Below, one piece after another: positions 27,338 through 41,312 of a DNA stretch of 64,000 bases (positions are counted from its first letter, which is position 1; every line of letters begins with the position of its first letter). Origin of the DNA: Eledone cirrhosa (lineage: Eukaryota); contig OZ024745.1 of the NCBI GenBank assembly GCA_964016885.1, positions 118,730,001 through 118,794,000 on the forward strand, written 5' to 3'. The notes under the pieces were generated by a model. That model searched no databases, had not been told where the DNA came from, and saw nothing but the letters and a program-made list of their open reading frames with translations. A program made the translations under genes and the position numbers.

Positions 27338-30300
27338 GGAAAAATTTGAACAGGGACAAAACAGAGAGGCAGTACAATAAATGTTTATTAATTTCACGCT
27401 CAGGAGAGTGGGGGGTAAGTGGGGGACGACGTTTCGGGCATAAGCCCTTCCTCGGGTGAGAAGTGTGTGGGAACAGAGTTCAAAAGGTGTGTAGGGGAGT
27501 GGTGGAGAGACATATAGCGAAAGGAAACGGTGCGAATGAAAAAAAAACAAATAAAGATAAAAAATAAAAATAAAGCATGATCAAAATACAAGGAATGAGA
27601 AAATTAAAAAATAAAGGCATGATCAAAATAAACTGAAATTAAAAGGGGGGTAAACAGGTGGTGGAAGGGTGGGGGGTGAGTAGGGGTGGTGGCGGGTGGA
27701 GTGGGGAGAGGGAGACGGGGTGTCCGAGCGGGGAGGGCTGAAGGTGGTGTGTGTGTGTAGGTGTGCGTGTGTGTGTGTGTATATGAAAGTAAGGGTTGGG
27801 GGGAAAACGGGGTTGCATGTTCAGGAAGGGGTGTGTGTGGGGGGTGTTTTTGTGGGTCGGAGTGTCTGAGCGTGTGTGGATAGGGGGTGGGGGGGAGAGG
27901 AATCAGGAGGCTGAGGGTGTAAATATGTGGTGGGAAGCACGTGTGTGTGGGGTTTAAGCGTGTTGTAGGTGTGGGTGGCGTGTGGAGAAAAAAAAATTTT
28001 TGGGGGTGTGTGTGCGGGTGAGTTATATAGGTGATTACGCAAGAAGATGGTTGAAAAGTTGGTAAGTTCCAAGGATGTTAGTAGATTGTTTGTAAGTCAA
28101 ATTCTGCGTGGGTAATCCATGAAGTGGTGGTCGGAAGAGGAGAGATGTGGGGTGCGCGCGCAACAGGAAGTGGTCAGCAGTGGGAGTGCTGTGGTCTGTT
28201 GGTGCTGGGAGTGGCCAGAAGGCACAGCAGCAGTCAGTGGAATGGTAGGGGGCGAGGATGGGTAGGTGTGAAAGTTGGAGTGAGGAGGGTGTGTGTGTGT
28301 GTGTGTGTATTAGTAGGGGTGTTAATGGGATGAGTGAGTGTGGAGCGAGGGTGTGGGTGAAGTGGGGAGAGAAGGGTGTGTGTGGTTCTATGGAGGGAGT
28401 GTGGTGTACTGGTGTGTGTATAGTTTGATGAGGAGGTGTTAGTGGGTGTTAGTATACGGGAGGTGGGGAGGGGTTGAATGCAGGTGTGAGTGGGGGTTAG
28501 TGGTGGTAGGGTGTGTAGAGTTGGTGGTGTACGAGGGTGTGTGGGTACGTGTGCGTGGGGTTGGGGGTGTTAGTGATGTTAGTTGCGTGTGGGGTGAGTG
28601 GTGTAAGTGGGTGCGTGTGTTCGTGTGCTTGGGGTTAGGGGGTGTTAGTGAGGTTAGTTGCGGGGTGGTGGGATGGAGGTGTGGGGTGAGAGGTGTGGGG
28701 TGAGAGGTGTAGGGGTGAGGGTTAGTGGTGGTAGTAGGGTGTGTGTTTAGTGTGAGCGCGTGTATGTATGTGCCGGTGGGTGTGTGTGTGTGATAAGGGG
28801 GGGGGGGGGGAGGGAAGGGATGTTAGTATGTTAGTTGGGGAAGGGTGGTCAGATGAGGGGTGGAGTGGAGGTGTTAGTATTGTTAGTGTGGGGTGGGCGG
28901 TGGAAAAGAGGGGTGTGTTAGTGGTGTTAGTGGGGGATAAGTGTGGGGGGAGGGGGGCGGTCGAACGCTAAAGGAATAAGGGTGGGGAGTTCAGGCCGGG
29001 GGAGTGTGGGTCTGTAAGATGAAGATAGTTCGTTGTTCGACCGTAAGGCGATGGGCGGGTGTTCCGTGGCACTGGAGTAGGCCACAGACTGTGAGATGGC
29101 GTGCGGAGTGTCCAGGGCCACCAAAGTGGCGGGCGATGGGGGAACTGCCCCCGAGACGAATATCCCGGAGGTGCTCCGTGACTCGGTCCGCCAGGCGACG
29201 TCCGCCAGCGAAGTCCGTAGACTAGGTTGGAGGAGGTGCAGCGGAAGGCATGCCGGACCGAGAGTGGCCGTTGGGACACTGGAAGGTGGTGGTGTTGGTG
29301 ATGTGGGGACAGGTGTTGCAGCGGGGCCTAGAACAGGGAAAGGAACCGGGGGGGGGACAGAGCGTGGGTTGGGGTGTAGGGAGCTGTGGACGAGGAGGGT
29401 ACGGAGATTGCGTGCGCGTTTGAAGGAGGGGAGTGGTGGGGTTGGGAAGATGTGGGAGGTGGAGGGGTCGGACTGGAGGCGTCGGAAGAGGCGGCGGATG
29501 GTGCGGTAGAGGGGTGGTAGGTGATGGGGAAGGGGAGACGGTGGGTGGGTGTGCGGTGGCGTGGGGTGAGGGTGGTGGAGCGGGGGACAGCACGGGCGCG
29601 GGTGAGAGCGGTGTAGACGAGAGAGGGGGGGTAACCTCTGCGGATGAAATGGCTGACTAGGGAAAGGGCTTGGGACACGAAGTCAGCATCACGGCTACAG
29701 AGGCGGCGGATCCTGAGAAGTTGGGAGTAGGGAATGGAGTGTTTAGTGTGGGTGGGGTGGGAAGAGGTGAAGTCGAGGTAAGAGTGGGAGTCGGTGGGTT
29801 TGAAGAAGGCGGAGGTGACGAGGGAGTGGTGGGAGGGGTCGAAGGCGACGGAAATGTCTAAGAAGTGGACGTGGGTGGTGGAGATAGAGGTGGTGAAGTG
29901 GAGGGAGGGGTGGAAGGAGCAGAAGAAGGAGAGAAAGGAGTCGAGCTGTTCTCGGGTGAGGGTCGTGGCTCCGATACAGTCGTCAATGTAACGACCGTAC
30001 AGTTCGGGCGTGGGGCCGGTGTACTGGGCAAAGATTTGCGCCTCAACATGGCCAACAAAAAGGTTGGCATAGTTCGGGCCCATTCTTGTGCCCATGGCTA
30101 CCCCCGTGACCTGTTGGTAAAACTCACCCGAGAAGGAGAAACAATTTAGGGTGAGGACCAGCTCGGCGAGGCGAAGGAGGGTGGGGGTGGAGGGAATGGG
30201 GGAGGGGCGAAGTTCGAGGTAGTGTTTGAGGGCGCGAAGGCCGTCGGCGTGGGGGATGACTGTATAGAGGGACTTGATGTCTAGGGTGAAGAGGAAGGGC

Positions 30301-30811
30301 TGTGGGCCGGGTAGGTAGGTGAAGGAGTCGAAAAGGCGCAGGGGCGTGGTTGGTGTCGGAGATGTGTGAGGGGAGGGTGGTGACAAGGGGGGCGAGGAGG
30401 GAGTCGAGAAAGGCGGAGATGAGTTCGGTGGGGCAGTTGCAAGCGGAGACGATGGGGCGGCCGGGGTTGTCGGGTTTGTGGAGTTTGGGGAGGAAGTAGA
30501 TGGTGGGGGTGCGGGGGATGCGGACGATGCGGTGGGGGGAGGAGGGAGGAGGCGATAAGGTCTTTGATGGTGGAGGAGACTTGTTGTTGGTAGAGGGGGT
30601 GGGATCGGAGGGTAGAGGGCGGTAAAAGAGGGGGTTACAGAGCTGCCTGAGGGCTTCGGCCTTGTAGAGGTCCGTGCGCCATACCACTACGGCGCCTCCC
30701 TTGTCCGCCGGTTTGATGACGATGTCATCTCGGCTACGGAGGGAGCGGAGAGCGAGGAGTTCGCCCCGTGAGATATTGTGCCGTTTGGAACGGTGGCGGA
30801 AGTCGAAACGA
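27335..30811 (-). mobile_element. Penelope-like retroelement (Neptune-like), decayed RT plus GIY-YIG, long 3' UTR and pseudo-LTR
   Basis: 'KPADKGGAVVVW', 'YFLPKLHKPDNPGRPIVSA', 'TLDIKSLYTVIPH', 'GVAMGTRMGPNYANLFVG' and 'RYIDDCIG'; Cys linker 'CSRPRCNTC'; 'CTSSNLVY'. The 5' end abuts (TA)n. Confidence 0.92.
27426..27457 (-). ncRNA. Degenerate Penelope-type minimal hammerhead variant in the 3' pseudo-LTR
   Basis: ac-CCGAGGA-a-gggc ttat gccc-GAAA-cg-TC-gt; core has U4->C and stem I is only 2 bp. Confidence 0.5.
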
Positions 30812-31311
30812 TAATATATATATATATACATACACACACACATATATATATACATACACATATACATATATACATACACACACACACATATACATACACA
30901 CATATACACACATATACATACACACACACATATATATATATATACATACACACACATATACATACACACACATATACATATATACATATACACACATATA
31001 CACACACACACATACACACATATACACACACACACATATATACATACACACACATATACATACACACATGCATATACACATACACACATACATATACATA
31101 CGCATATATACATATATACACACATATATATGCATATAAACACATATACATGTATGTATATACATATATATATATACATATATTTAAACATATCTATATA
31201 TATATATATATATATATATGTAGGAGGTGAGTTTTATTGTAGTACAATAAATATGTAGATTTAAAACTGCACTATCCACAAGTGTTTTTTAGCCTTCATA
31301 TCATGTTCTCC

Positions 31312-31382
31312 TGTTTTATCTGATGAAAACACAAATATTATTGCATGATGATGTTTGTTTTTGAAATGCGCATAATAAAATA
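31312..31382 (+). ncRNA. Type I hammerhead ribozyme motif (family B) within a ~200-bp TA-flanked element (31220-31420)
   Basis: tgttttat-CTGATGA-aaacacaaatattatt..gatgatgtttgttttt-GAAA-tgcgca-TA-ataaaata. Confidence 0.85.
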
Positions 31383-31417
31383 CATGGAACTCCTTTAACC
31401 ATCTTTTGATCTTATAT

Positions 31418-31495
<78 letters not shown>

Positions 31496-31719
31496 CATAT
31501 GTATGTGTATATGCATCATATACAGATAGAACGAGCGAGGGAGAGCTACGGGGGGAGAGATGCTCAGTGAGAGAGCGGGTGTCGTGAGAACGTTTAAAGA
31601 ACATAACACATTTTAACACTGTACTCCACGATACATATATCCACACATTAGATGTTTTTATTTTACCGTATCTGTTCATGCATATATGGTTATGTGTGTA
31701 TATGTATGAGACAGAGAAG

Positions 31720-32345
31720 TAATGATGGGTGAAGGGGACGGAGAGAGGGAGTGATGGGTGAAGGAAGAGAGAGAGAGTGATGGGTGAAGGAGAGAGAGAG
31801 AGAGAGAGAGATGGGTGAAGGAGAGAGAGAGAGAGATGGGTGAAGGAGAGAGAGAGAGAGTGATGGGTGAAGGGGGAGAAAGAGGGAGTGATGGGTGAAG
31901 GGGGAGAAAGAGGGAGTGATGGGTGAAGGGGGAGAGAGAGGGAGTGATGGGTGAAGAGGGAGAGAGAGGGTGATGGGTGAAGGGGGAGAAAGAGTGATGG
32001 GTGAAGGAAGAGAGAGGGGGTGATGAGTGAAGGGGAGAGAGGGAGTGATGGGTGAAGGGGAGAGAGAGTGATGGGTGAAGGGGGAGAGAGAGGGAGTGAT
32101 GGGTGAAGGAGAGAGAGGGAGTGATGGGTGAAGGAGAGAGAGGGAGTGATGGGTGAAGGAAGAGAGAGGGAGTGATGGGAGAAAGAGAGAGAGAGAAAGA
32201 GTGATGGGTGAAGGAGAGAGAGAGAAAGAGTGATGGGTGAAGGAGAGAAAGTGATGGGTGAAGGAGAGAGAGAGTGATGGGTGAAGGAGAGAGAGAGAGT
32301 GATGGGTGAAGGAGAGAGAGAGAGTGATGGGTGAAGGAAGAGAGA
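31720..32345. repeat. Purine-rich minisatellite, (ga)n-gtgatgggtgaagg, ~22-28 bp units
   Basis: More than 20 copies of 'gtgatgggtgaagg' separated by GA runs. Confidence 0.9.
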
Positions 32346-32430
32346 GTGAGGAAACAGAGAAATGCAGAGAAAGAGAGTGAGAAAGAGAAAGAGGGGGGGA
32401 GAGAAAGAGAGAGAGAAATGCAGAAAGAGG

Positions 32431-32471
<41 letters not shown>

Positions 32472-32956
32472 GTAGAAAGAGAGAGAGAGAGAGAAACATA
32501 GAGAAAGAGAGATGCATAGGCGGGTGACAATACGCGCGCGCGTATATTTGACACTATACACAAGGTGTAGAGGAAAGCTATCCAAACGCAAACACGATTA
32601 ACCACATATGTCATGTAGATAAAACAAAAGAGAAAGATCTTGCTAGAAATCTGCACACATGTAACGCCAAGTTTCCCAAATAGAACACGAGAGAGAGAGG
32701 GGGGGGGGTGAGGGGGGGGGGTAGAGGGCGGGGGGGGGGGGGGGGGGTAGAGGGGGGGGGGGTAGAGAGAATTATGCAGAAACATGTGACTATCCAGGAA
32801 ACGTGTTTTCCGATGTTAACAGATATGTCTGTCTATGACAATCTATATACAATAGAGAGAATGACATACATACACCTACACACATGTATGTGTATATATA
32901 TGTATGTGTGTGGCGTGTGTGTGTGTACATATATATACATATATATACACATACAC

Positions 32957-33024
<68 letters not shown>

Positions 33025-33140
33025 ACATCTATATATACATACACATATATATATATATATAGAGAGAGATAGATAGATTTCTTTATTTGCCACAGATTGA
33101 TAGATAGATACACACGCACACACACATATATATATATATA

Positions 33141-33172
<32 letters not shown>

Positions 33173-33374
33173 AGCGTGTGTGTGTGCAGGATATGTATAT
33201 GTGTATATGTACGTACATATATATGGTTTGTACTGACCGGTTTCAGCTATCTTTAGCTTTTCAAAGTTATATTTGTGCTGGTGTTGTTTATCTTTTAACA
33301 CGTGCCATTGTGTATAGCTTACTTTCTTTCTCTCCCACTCATATATATTATATAAATATATATATATATATATG

Positions 33375-33587
33375 TATATAGTGTATTTTGCAATACACTG
33401 CATGCTTAATTAAAAGCATTTCGAAGACCTTACGCTATTGTTTTAGAGTAGTGACAGTCTCACTTACTTTAAATTTTCAGCCTAAAAATTTAAAGTAAGT
33501 GAGACTGTCACTACTCTAAAACAATAGCGTAAGGTCTTCGAAATGCTTTTAATTAAGCATGCTGTGTATTGTAAAATACACTATATA
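33375..33587. repeat. Near-perfect inverted repeat, ~103-bp arms with a 7-nt loop
   Basis: 33375-33477 pairs with 33485-33587, two mismatches seen; set in (TA)n. Confidence 0.9.
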
Positions 33588-33628
33588 TACATTCATATAT
33601 ATATCGCTATTTCAGAGCACCAATTCTA

Positions 33629-33679
<51 letters not shown>

Positions 33680-33712
33680 AAGAAATTAAAAGATGGTTAA
33701 GAAAGTTCCATG

Positions 33713-33783
33713 TATTTTATTATGCGCATTTCTAAAACAAATATCATCCTAGGACGATATTTACGTTCTCATCAGATAAAATA
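33713..33783 (-). ncRNA. Type I hammerhead ribozyme motif (family B, divergent copy)
   Basis: Reverse complement reads tattttat-CTGATGA-gaacgtaaatatcgtcc ta ggatgatatttgtttta-GAAA-tgcgca-TA-ataaaata. Confidence 0.8.
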
Positions 33784-33843
33784 GGGAAACATGATATGAT
33801 GCCTAAAAAACACTTGTGAACAAAGAAGTGTCCAGTTAACATA

Positions 33844-33888
<45 letters not shown>

Positions 33889-33916
33889 ATATATTATATA
33901 TATATATATATATATG

Positions 33917-35365
33917 ATGGCTGAAAACTCTGCCAAGAGTATTGCAATCGCTTGTCAGGTTCAGATGTGGGACGCTCGTATATGGCTTTTCAAGCCTCCT
34001 AGAGACTTGCACCGCTTCACACACTGACGACAGCTATGGATCTCCCTGGCTTGAGGTCCTGCATCAGGTTGCCCGGGAACCCTCACAACACCGTGGTTCT
34101 CTTTTAACATGACTGCGTCTGTAGCTCCTGAGACTAGATTTGCTCAAGCAAATTTTTCCACACTCAGGGCACTTCAATTCAATGGAGACACCGATCGTTT
34201 CGAGAGATACACCAGGGCATTGTTTACGCACATCCCGTTTGATCTTCTCGTGCTCTATGCGTCTGTCCTCAAAATTATGGACCCCATCATTCACCATTCC
34301 ACGCCAAGTCTCTCTTTCACGAGCTTCTATTTCCCAGTCAGCCATCATCAAACCAGTTTTTTTCAATGAGTCCTTTACACAATCCTTGAATCGGAGCTTT
34401 GGCTTGTGAGGTGGTCTCTTACCCTCACAAAGCTCGCCATACAAGAGTTGTTTTGGGATTCTATCATCTTCCATTCTGCAGAGGTGTCCGGTCCATCGGA
34501 AACGCCGTTGGTGGATGATACTCTCAATGCTCCGACACTCACTTCTCTCAAGGACCTCAACATTACTCACATGCCTCTCTCCTACAACCCTCTGCTCCAC
34601 CACTCCAATAGAAGGTATATCCTCCCTTCTGTTCTGTGAATTGACCCTCACCTGCCAATCTCATTTCTGAAAGAGCAACGATGCCCATGCTATAGCGATC
34701 GAGTTTCCTCGACACCAAAGCAGATCTTCTTTCAGGGCGAGTTTTACTGGACTGGGAATCCAGTAAAGTTCTTACATTCTTACATCCAATATTCAGAGGT
34801 TTGAACCTCCTTGCAGTTGTAGGATCACGACCTGGCCCACGCTGTGGGCCATGGGGCACCTGCCGGGCCAGACCTCTTCACGTTAAGTTGCAGAGCCCTT
34901 ACTGCCATTGACATTAGGGTTATCATGTCATCATAGAGTTTGGTGCACTTTTAGGCTACGGCCAGCCACACGAACCTGTAACAGATCCTGAACAAGCGAT
35001 GCCTGTGCTTTGAAGGTTTTTTTTAAGTGGGGAAAGGCCTTGCACGCGACCAATCCCACTCTCTGAGCATCGAAATCACTACCCGTAAAGGAGAACTGGT
35101 CAACATGCTTCCGAAGCCGCAGGTTTTTTTTTCAGAGTTCCCCTCTCCTAGAAAGCTGTTGTGACAACAACAGATGGCCCTTCACTCCCAGGTAAAAAAA
35201 AAATTAAAAAAAGTACTATTTGGATGGCCGTTTACTCTGCTGAGTTCCTCCGCCCTTCGCCCGGTCTTGTATTTCATCCCGCAGGGTGTCCAAATATCAC
35301 CCTCCCCACCAAGAACGCTTGGTGGGGTCGCCAACGACCCGACCATGAGGCAGGTAGTACTGGGT

Positions 35366-35370
<5 letters not shown>
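33917..35370 (-). mobile_element. Internally deleted RTE (BovB-like) LINE: 5' UTR and APE N-terminus fused to the C-terminal region
   Basis: 'NVRTLLDS..RPERRSALV..IVALSEMRL..GYTFYWSG' is joined near 34590 to 'SNVEVLER..RRFRWTGHLCRMEDDRIPKQLLYGEL..CPECGKICLSKSSLRSYRRSH'. RT core absent. Confidence 0.9.
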
Positions 35371-35400
<30 letters not shown>

Positions 35401-35628
35401 GTTTCTACTTTAGGCACAAGGCCAGCAATTACCCAGTGCATTACTGGTACTTTATTTTATCGACCCCGTAAGGATGAAAGGCAAAGTCAACCTCGGCGGG
35501 ATTTGAACTCAGATCGTAATATATAATATTGTGTAGAAGTAAACACAGTAAACCCGTGTCTAAAATTTGTATATATATATATATATATATACACATACAT
35601 ACAAACACACACACATATATATACATGC

Positions 35629-35663
<35 letters not shown>

Positions 35664-35989
35664 TATATAAATAAGCATATACATGCACACACACACTACA
35701 TATAAACATATATACATACACACACATATATAAATAAGCATATACATGCACACACACACTACATATAAACATATATACATACACACACTACATATAAACA
35801 TATATACACACACATTCACGCAGGTAAATTACACGAGAGAATTTATTATTTCATCACAGAATGTGTAATGTGTTGGGAGATGGATGCCTGCGGAAACATC
35901 AAGAATATACATACACATATACACACATATATATATATAATAAACATATACATACACACACTATATATATATATATAAACATATACATA

Positions 35990-36460
35990 CACACACAGCA
36001 TAAGTACAACATATAAACACACATACAATACACTGTACATAGACTCACAACACATAGATAGAATACACTGTACATAGACTCACAACAGATACAATACACT
36101 GTACATAGACTCACAACACAGATAGAAATACACTGTACATAGACTCACAACAGATACAATACACTGTACATAGACTCACAACACATACAATACACTGTAC
36201 ATAGACTCACAACACATACAATACACTGTACATAGACTCACAACACATACAATACACTGTACATAGACTCACAACACATACAATACACTGTACATGAACT
36301 CACAACACATACAATACACTGTACATGAACTCACAACACATAGGTAGATATACACTGTGCATAGACTGACAACACATAGATAGAATACACTGTACATAAA
36401 CTCACAACACATAGGTAGAAATACACTGTACATAGACTCACAACATATACAATACACAGT
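35990..36460. repeat. 31-bp minisatellite (tcacaacacatacaatacactgtacatagac)
   Basis: About 13 tandem units with small indels. Confidence 0.9.
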
Positions 36461-37161
36461 CGTTACATGTCGTCAGATATTCTACATAGAATCACATTAT
36501 CCAAAGTGTCCTTTATATATGTATTTATTTATTAAGACGGAAGGGTATGATTTAAGGGTGATTTGATTACTATTTCTAGCAAGTCGAGCTACCACGAATA
36601 TGCTGCAGGTAACAGAAATATAGAGAAGGGCGGGTATAAGTAGAAGAAAGCAGTTGAATCAATGGATAGACAAAGATAAAATGAAATACAGGTAGATATA
36701 ATAAACATGGTGAAATATATATAGAGAGAGAGGCGGAGATAGATGGAGAGAGAGAGAGAGAGAGAGAGAATGGTGGAGATAGATAGAGAGAGAATGGCGG
36801 AGATAGATAGAGAGAGAGATATAATGGCGGAGATAGAAAGAGAGAGCTTCATAATATAGAGCTGCAGCAGTCAACGTGTGTATTCCACTAATGGTGCAGC
36901 TAACATTAGAGTGCAGAAAACACCAACATTAAGGTAGCTTAAAAGTGCACATGTGAATGCGTGCATTATTTCATTGCACTTCCTTCTTAGCAAATGTTGA
37001 TATCTCGGTGTTTATAGGTGAGGTAGGCGAGTACTATATACATTATATACACAATGAATATGTATGTATGTATGTATGTATGTATGTGTGTGTGTGTGTA
37101 CATAGTTGTATATATATATACACACACATATATGTACATGCATTTGTGTATATATATACAT

Positions 37162-37241
<80 letters not shown>

Positions 37242-37632
37242 ATATACATATACATATACACCTTGAGGTTTCACCGGTGGTGGCTGCTTATCCAAACTGA
37301 CATATTGAATTAGCTGCCGTCGCTAAAACTTCGAAGTCACTGTCAACAAATTATAATAAATAGATTTCACACACGTGTCCTCTATTCAGTCAATGGTTGT
37401 TTTTTAATTCGATAAATATATAAGTATGCATATAATGTATGCATATATATATATATATAAGACAGAGAGAGTTTGTGAGTGTGTCTGTGTGCATGAGCGA
37501 GCAGTTTCCGCCAACCAAATTCTACTTACAAGGCATTGGTCAAACGAGGCAACAACTGAAGACATTTACCCAACATTGTTGCAGAACGAAATTCTTAAAC
37601 ACCCGACTATGACTGTATCTCTGTGTTTGTGA

Positions 37633-37697
<65 letters not shown>

Positions 37698-37769
37698 ATG
37701 AATGTGCTTGCGCGCATTATACGTATGTATGTATATATGGGAGCGATGAATAATCTCAGAGATTGAATT

Positions 37770-37830
<61 letters not shown>

Positions 37831-37849
37831 ACGTATCCATTTTTACGTC

Positions 37850-38720
37850 CGCATAGGATAAAGTCACGAATGAGCCTGGACGTTAGCTAGCTGCTTTCAG
37901 TGTCCACGAAAGTGAGGCCCAGGAGAGTAAACATGAAACGTCCACATCTTTTAGTAACCTACTATCCTCAACGCCATTTGTACAAAAGCATTACAACTAG
38001 TTAGATGAGAATACCGAGATAGAAGCTCTCCTAGACCAGAAGCACGGCCTTCTCAAAGCCCAGCAGAATGGCAAGAATGATGCTTTCATAGTCGTACGTA
38101 AGACTGACCAGGTCAAATTTTGGCAGATGCAGGACACACTATATAGTAAGAAGACACACGAGACTCACTCCTGTGCAAATAGCACGCCTCGATGTTCCTA
38201 TAATGCTTTGAGGACTTGAGACCTATAACATGACTGGCTCATCTCCGCTGCTTGATAGAAAAGAAGGTGATCCTTGAAAGATGGGCAGATCACTTCTATC
38301 GTGTCCTGTATCGCCCAACCGCTGTCAAGGAGGTACTCTCGCCATAATTAGGGATCAGTATTTCCTTTATGGCCCTTTCTACTGAGCTCAAAAAAGATCA
38401 CAGGCCCCTTCGACCTGACAGAATTCGAACGGCGATTGACTGTCCTCGCTATCTCGCTCTTCCACTAAATATAGAGGGAAGAGGATATTCTACCGGAGTT
38501 CAGGGGTGCCTAATTGTCCAACATTACGAGTAGAAAATCGCCACTGCTGTCAGAATTACCGGCTCATACCTCTATTGTCATTTGTTGGGAAGATCTTCGC
38601 CTGAGCAATATAGAACCAGCTGATTATGTACCTTGAACAAGGTCTTGTGTCTGAGAAGCATCACAACTTTAGAGAGGGTAGCGGTACATATAATGCTTCA
38701 AGCACCACAGCTTCACAAGT
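37850..38720 (+). mobile_element. Highly degenerate RTE/BovB-like LINE fragment
   Basis: Remnants 'RWADHF..VLYRP' at ~38280 and 'NYRLIPLLSFVGKIFA' at ~38555. Confidence 0.65.
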
Positions 38721-40878
38721 GTTTGACTAATAGCAGTAGACAAGAGGCACCAAGGGTGGTTAAGCCACTTCTGAAAAGGTTGCAGCTTCTCTCGAGTATT
38801 TGTAGAAAATTAGTTATTGATACATAGTTTTATAATTGTAAAACTATGACTCCTCTTAAATTTAATCCAGCCCCAACCAATAGTATTGATACGGATCTAG
38901 TCAGAGAAGAAAAGAGGGCATATTGGCAAAGAAATATCTTGTCAGTCTCACCCGAACACATTTTTGAGTGGTGATATAGTCTGGTCGAACGAGCATAGTA
39001 TTATGTCTAGTCGTTATATCTCACCTTTTTACCCAATTTCTTGCTGTTGTTGTATGTATGTAATCGCCTGTTATTACTATTATTATGTGCCAAAAGTAGA
39101 AACAATTACTATTATTATTTTTTTTTTCAATACATAATTTCATAATTCGGCACTAACAGTAAATGATTCAAATTTATATTTTTCCTCCTCTCCCTATGAC
39201 ATACACACGTGTATATTTCTGTATGCTTGTTTCTGAATCTTAGTCTGTCTGTGTGTTTGTCTAAGAGATCCAGACTTGCTTATATAATAATGTGGGAGGA
39301 GAGGATTGAGGTGGAGGGAGAGGAAGCGACGATGATGGTGGCAATAATATCAGCATCAGCGGGAATAGCTATGATGACAATGATATAACAATATTAATCG
39401 TAACTTACATGGTCACTGCAATTATGGTGACAATGAAAAATAATAATGATAATAATGATAATTTGTTTGCCACAAGGACGTCAGTTCAATAAATATTGAT
39501 TTGTAACTTTGCAATGAATAATGATAATGATTTCTAACATGGGCACGAAAGGATATATTTGAAGAGAGTATGTAATATATAGTCGATTAAATCGACAATA
39601 GAAAAATGACTGGGGTGGAATTTTTTCTATTGACACCGGACGGATGAAAGGCAATGTTAGAAAACATTGCTAGTGAGAAGTCTAACATTAACACAAAACT
39701 ATACACATTTGGGGTTATATAGTTGATTAAATTGACTATTAGTATTTATTTTATCGATCTCAGAAGATTGAAAGGTAAAGACAACTTTAGCGGGGTTAGA
39801 ACTCAATGTAAGGAGAGTAGCTAAATACCTCTAGCTTCGTTGGTTCTGTTACTCTTAACACTCGGCAGACCCATGAATAATAACAATAACAGCGATTTCT
39901 TTTAATTACCACAAGGACCCGAAAGATTGTCAGACAGTACATAGGGAATATAAATAGGGAAACAACACAAGAAGCTGGGTAAACGGGTAAGATCAATAAT
40001 GGCATATTAATAAATAGAACTAAAGCTACATAATTGTTTCTAACATAGGCAAAAGGTCAGATTTGGAAGAAATAGGGGTAATCAATTAAATCGCCTCTGG
40101 TACATTATTTTATCCACCCCAAAATATACACTCTTCTTGTACGTAACGTCCTATTTTGTAGCCCCTTGCATAGCAAAATAAAATTATAATTATTATTACT
40201 GCTGTTTATTATGTAGGTTGTTATTGTTGTTTAGACGAAACACATCCCAGATCGAGCATACCTATATGCAAAGGTATTCCACCTATGACCAGCCTATCAT
40301 TTTAGGGCTATGTCTAAGAAAGTAAGATGCACTTTGACAGTGTTTTGGTTACTATTTCTAGCAAATCTGGCGACTGCTTCGGGCATTCCTCTGTGTAATG
40401 AATGCGTAACTGTAAAAGCGTCTGGATCATGTAAGTAAAAGTAAATATCTCTCTCTATGGAGTAGGTTAAAACAGACAGACGGGAAGACTGATAAATAAA
40501 CAGACAAACCGACAAATATGTAAGTAGGTACGATATGTAACTATACAGCTAAATATATGGATCGATAGATAGACAGTAAGATAACCAGAAAAGAAGACAT
40601 ATAGCTGGGGAGACAAACCCGCTGCTGTGTGGGTAGACAGTTATATAAATGGGTACATAGATATGTAGTTAGAAGGATAAACGGATAGAAAAGGCGACAG
40701 ATAGACACAGACATAACTAAGCTATTTCGGTGTATACATATTAGGCAATGCATGTGTTAACGGAACGTTGGTAAAGCAAAGCTATGTATATATGTATGTA
40801 TGTCTCTAAACCTTGTACAGTACACGTACCATGTGTGTTCACGTGTGTAAATATGCTAGCATGCACACATACACACCC

Positions 40879-40928
<50 letters not shown>

Positions 40929-40956
40929 GTATGTATATATATATATATGTATATAT

Positions 40957-40987
<31 letters not shown>

Positions 40988-41256
40988 CAAAGATACATAT
41001 ACATACATATATACATATCTATATACATACATACACCTACATATATACATACATAGACCTACATATATACATACATACATACATACATACATATAGACAT
41101 ACATACACATACATACATCCATATACACACATACATATATATATATAAACATGTGCGCGGATGGTTCCAATAAATTAGGTTGCCTAATTTAAACATGCAC
41201 ACTACATTACCAGACACTGCAAGTTGCACACTTATACGTATATACAGACAACCCCA

Positions 41257-41312
<56 letters not shown>

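Noticed and set aside
31395-32785. Three overlapping 275-398 aa ORFs
   Set aside because: Reverse strand of the GA-rich minisatellite.
35990-36460. 31-bp repeats of CRISPR-like length
   Set aside because: Directly tandem with no unique spacers, no cas genes, and eukaryotic context.
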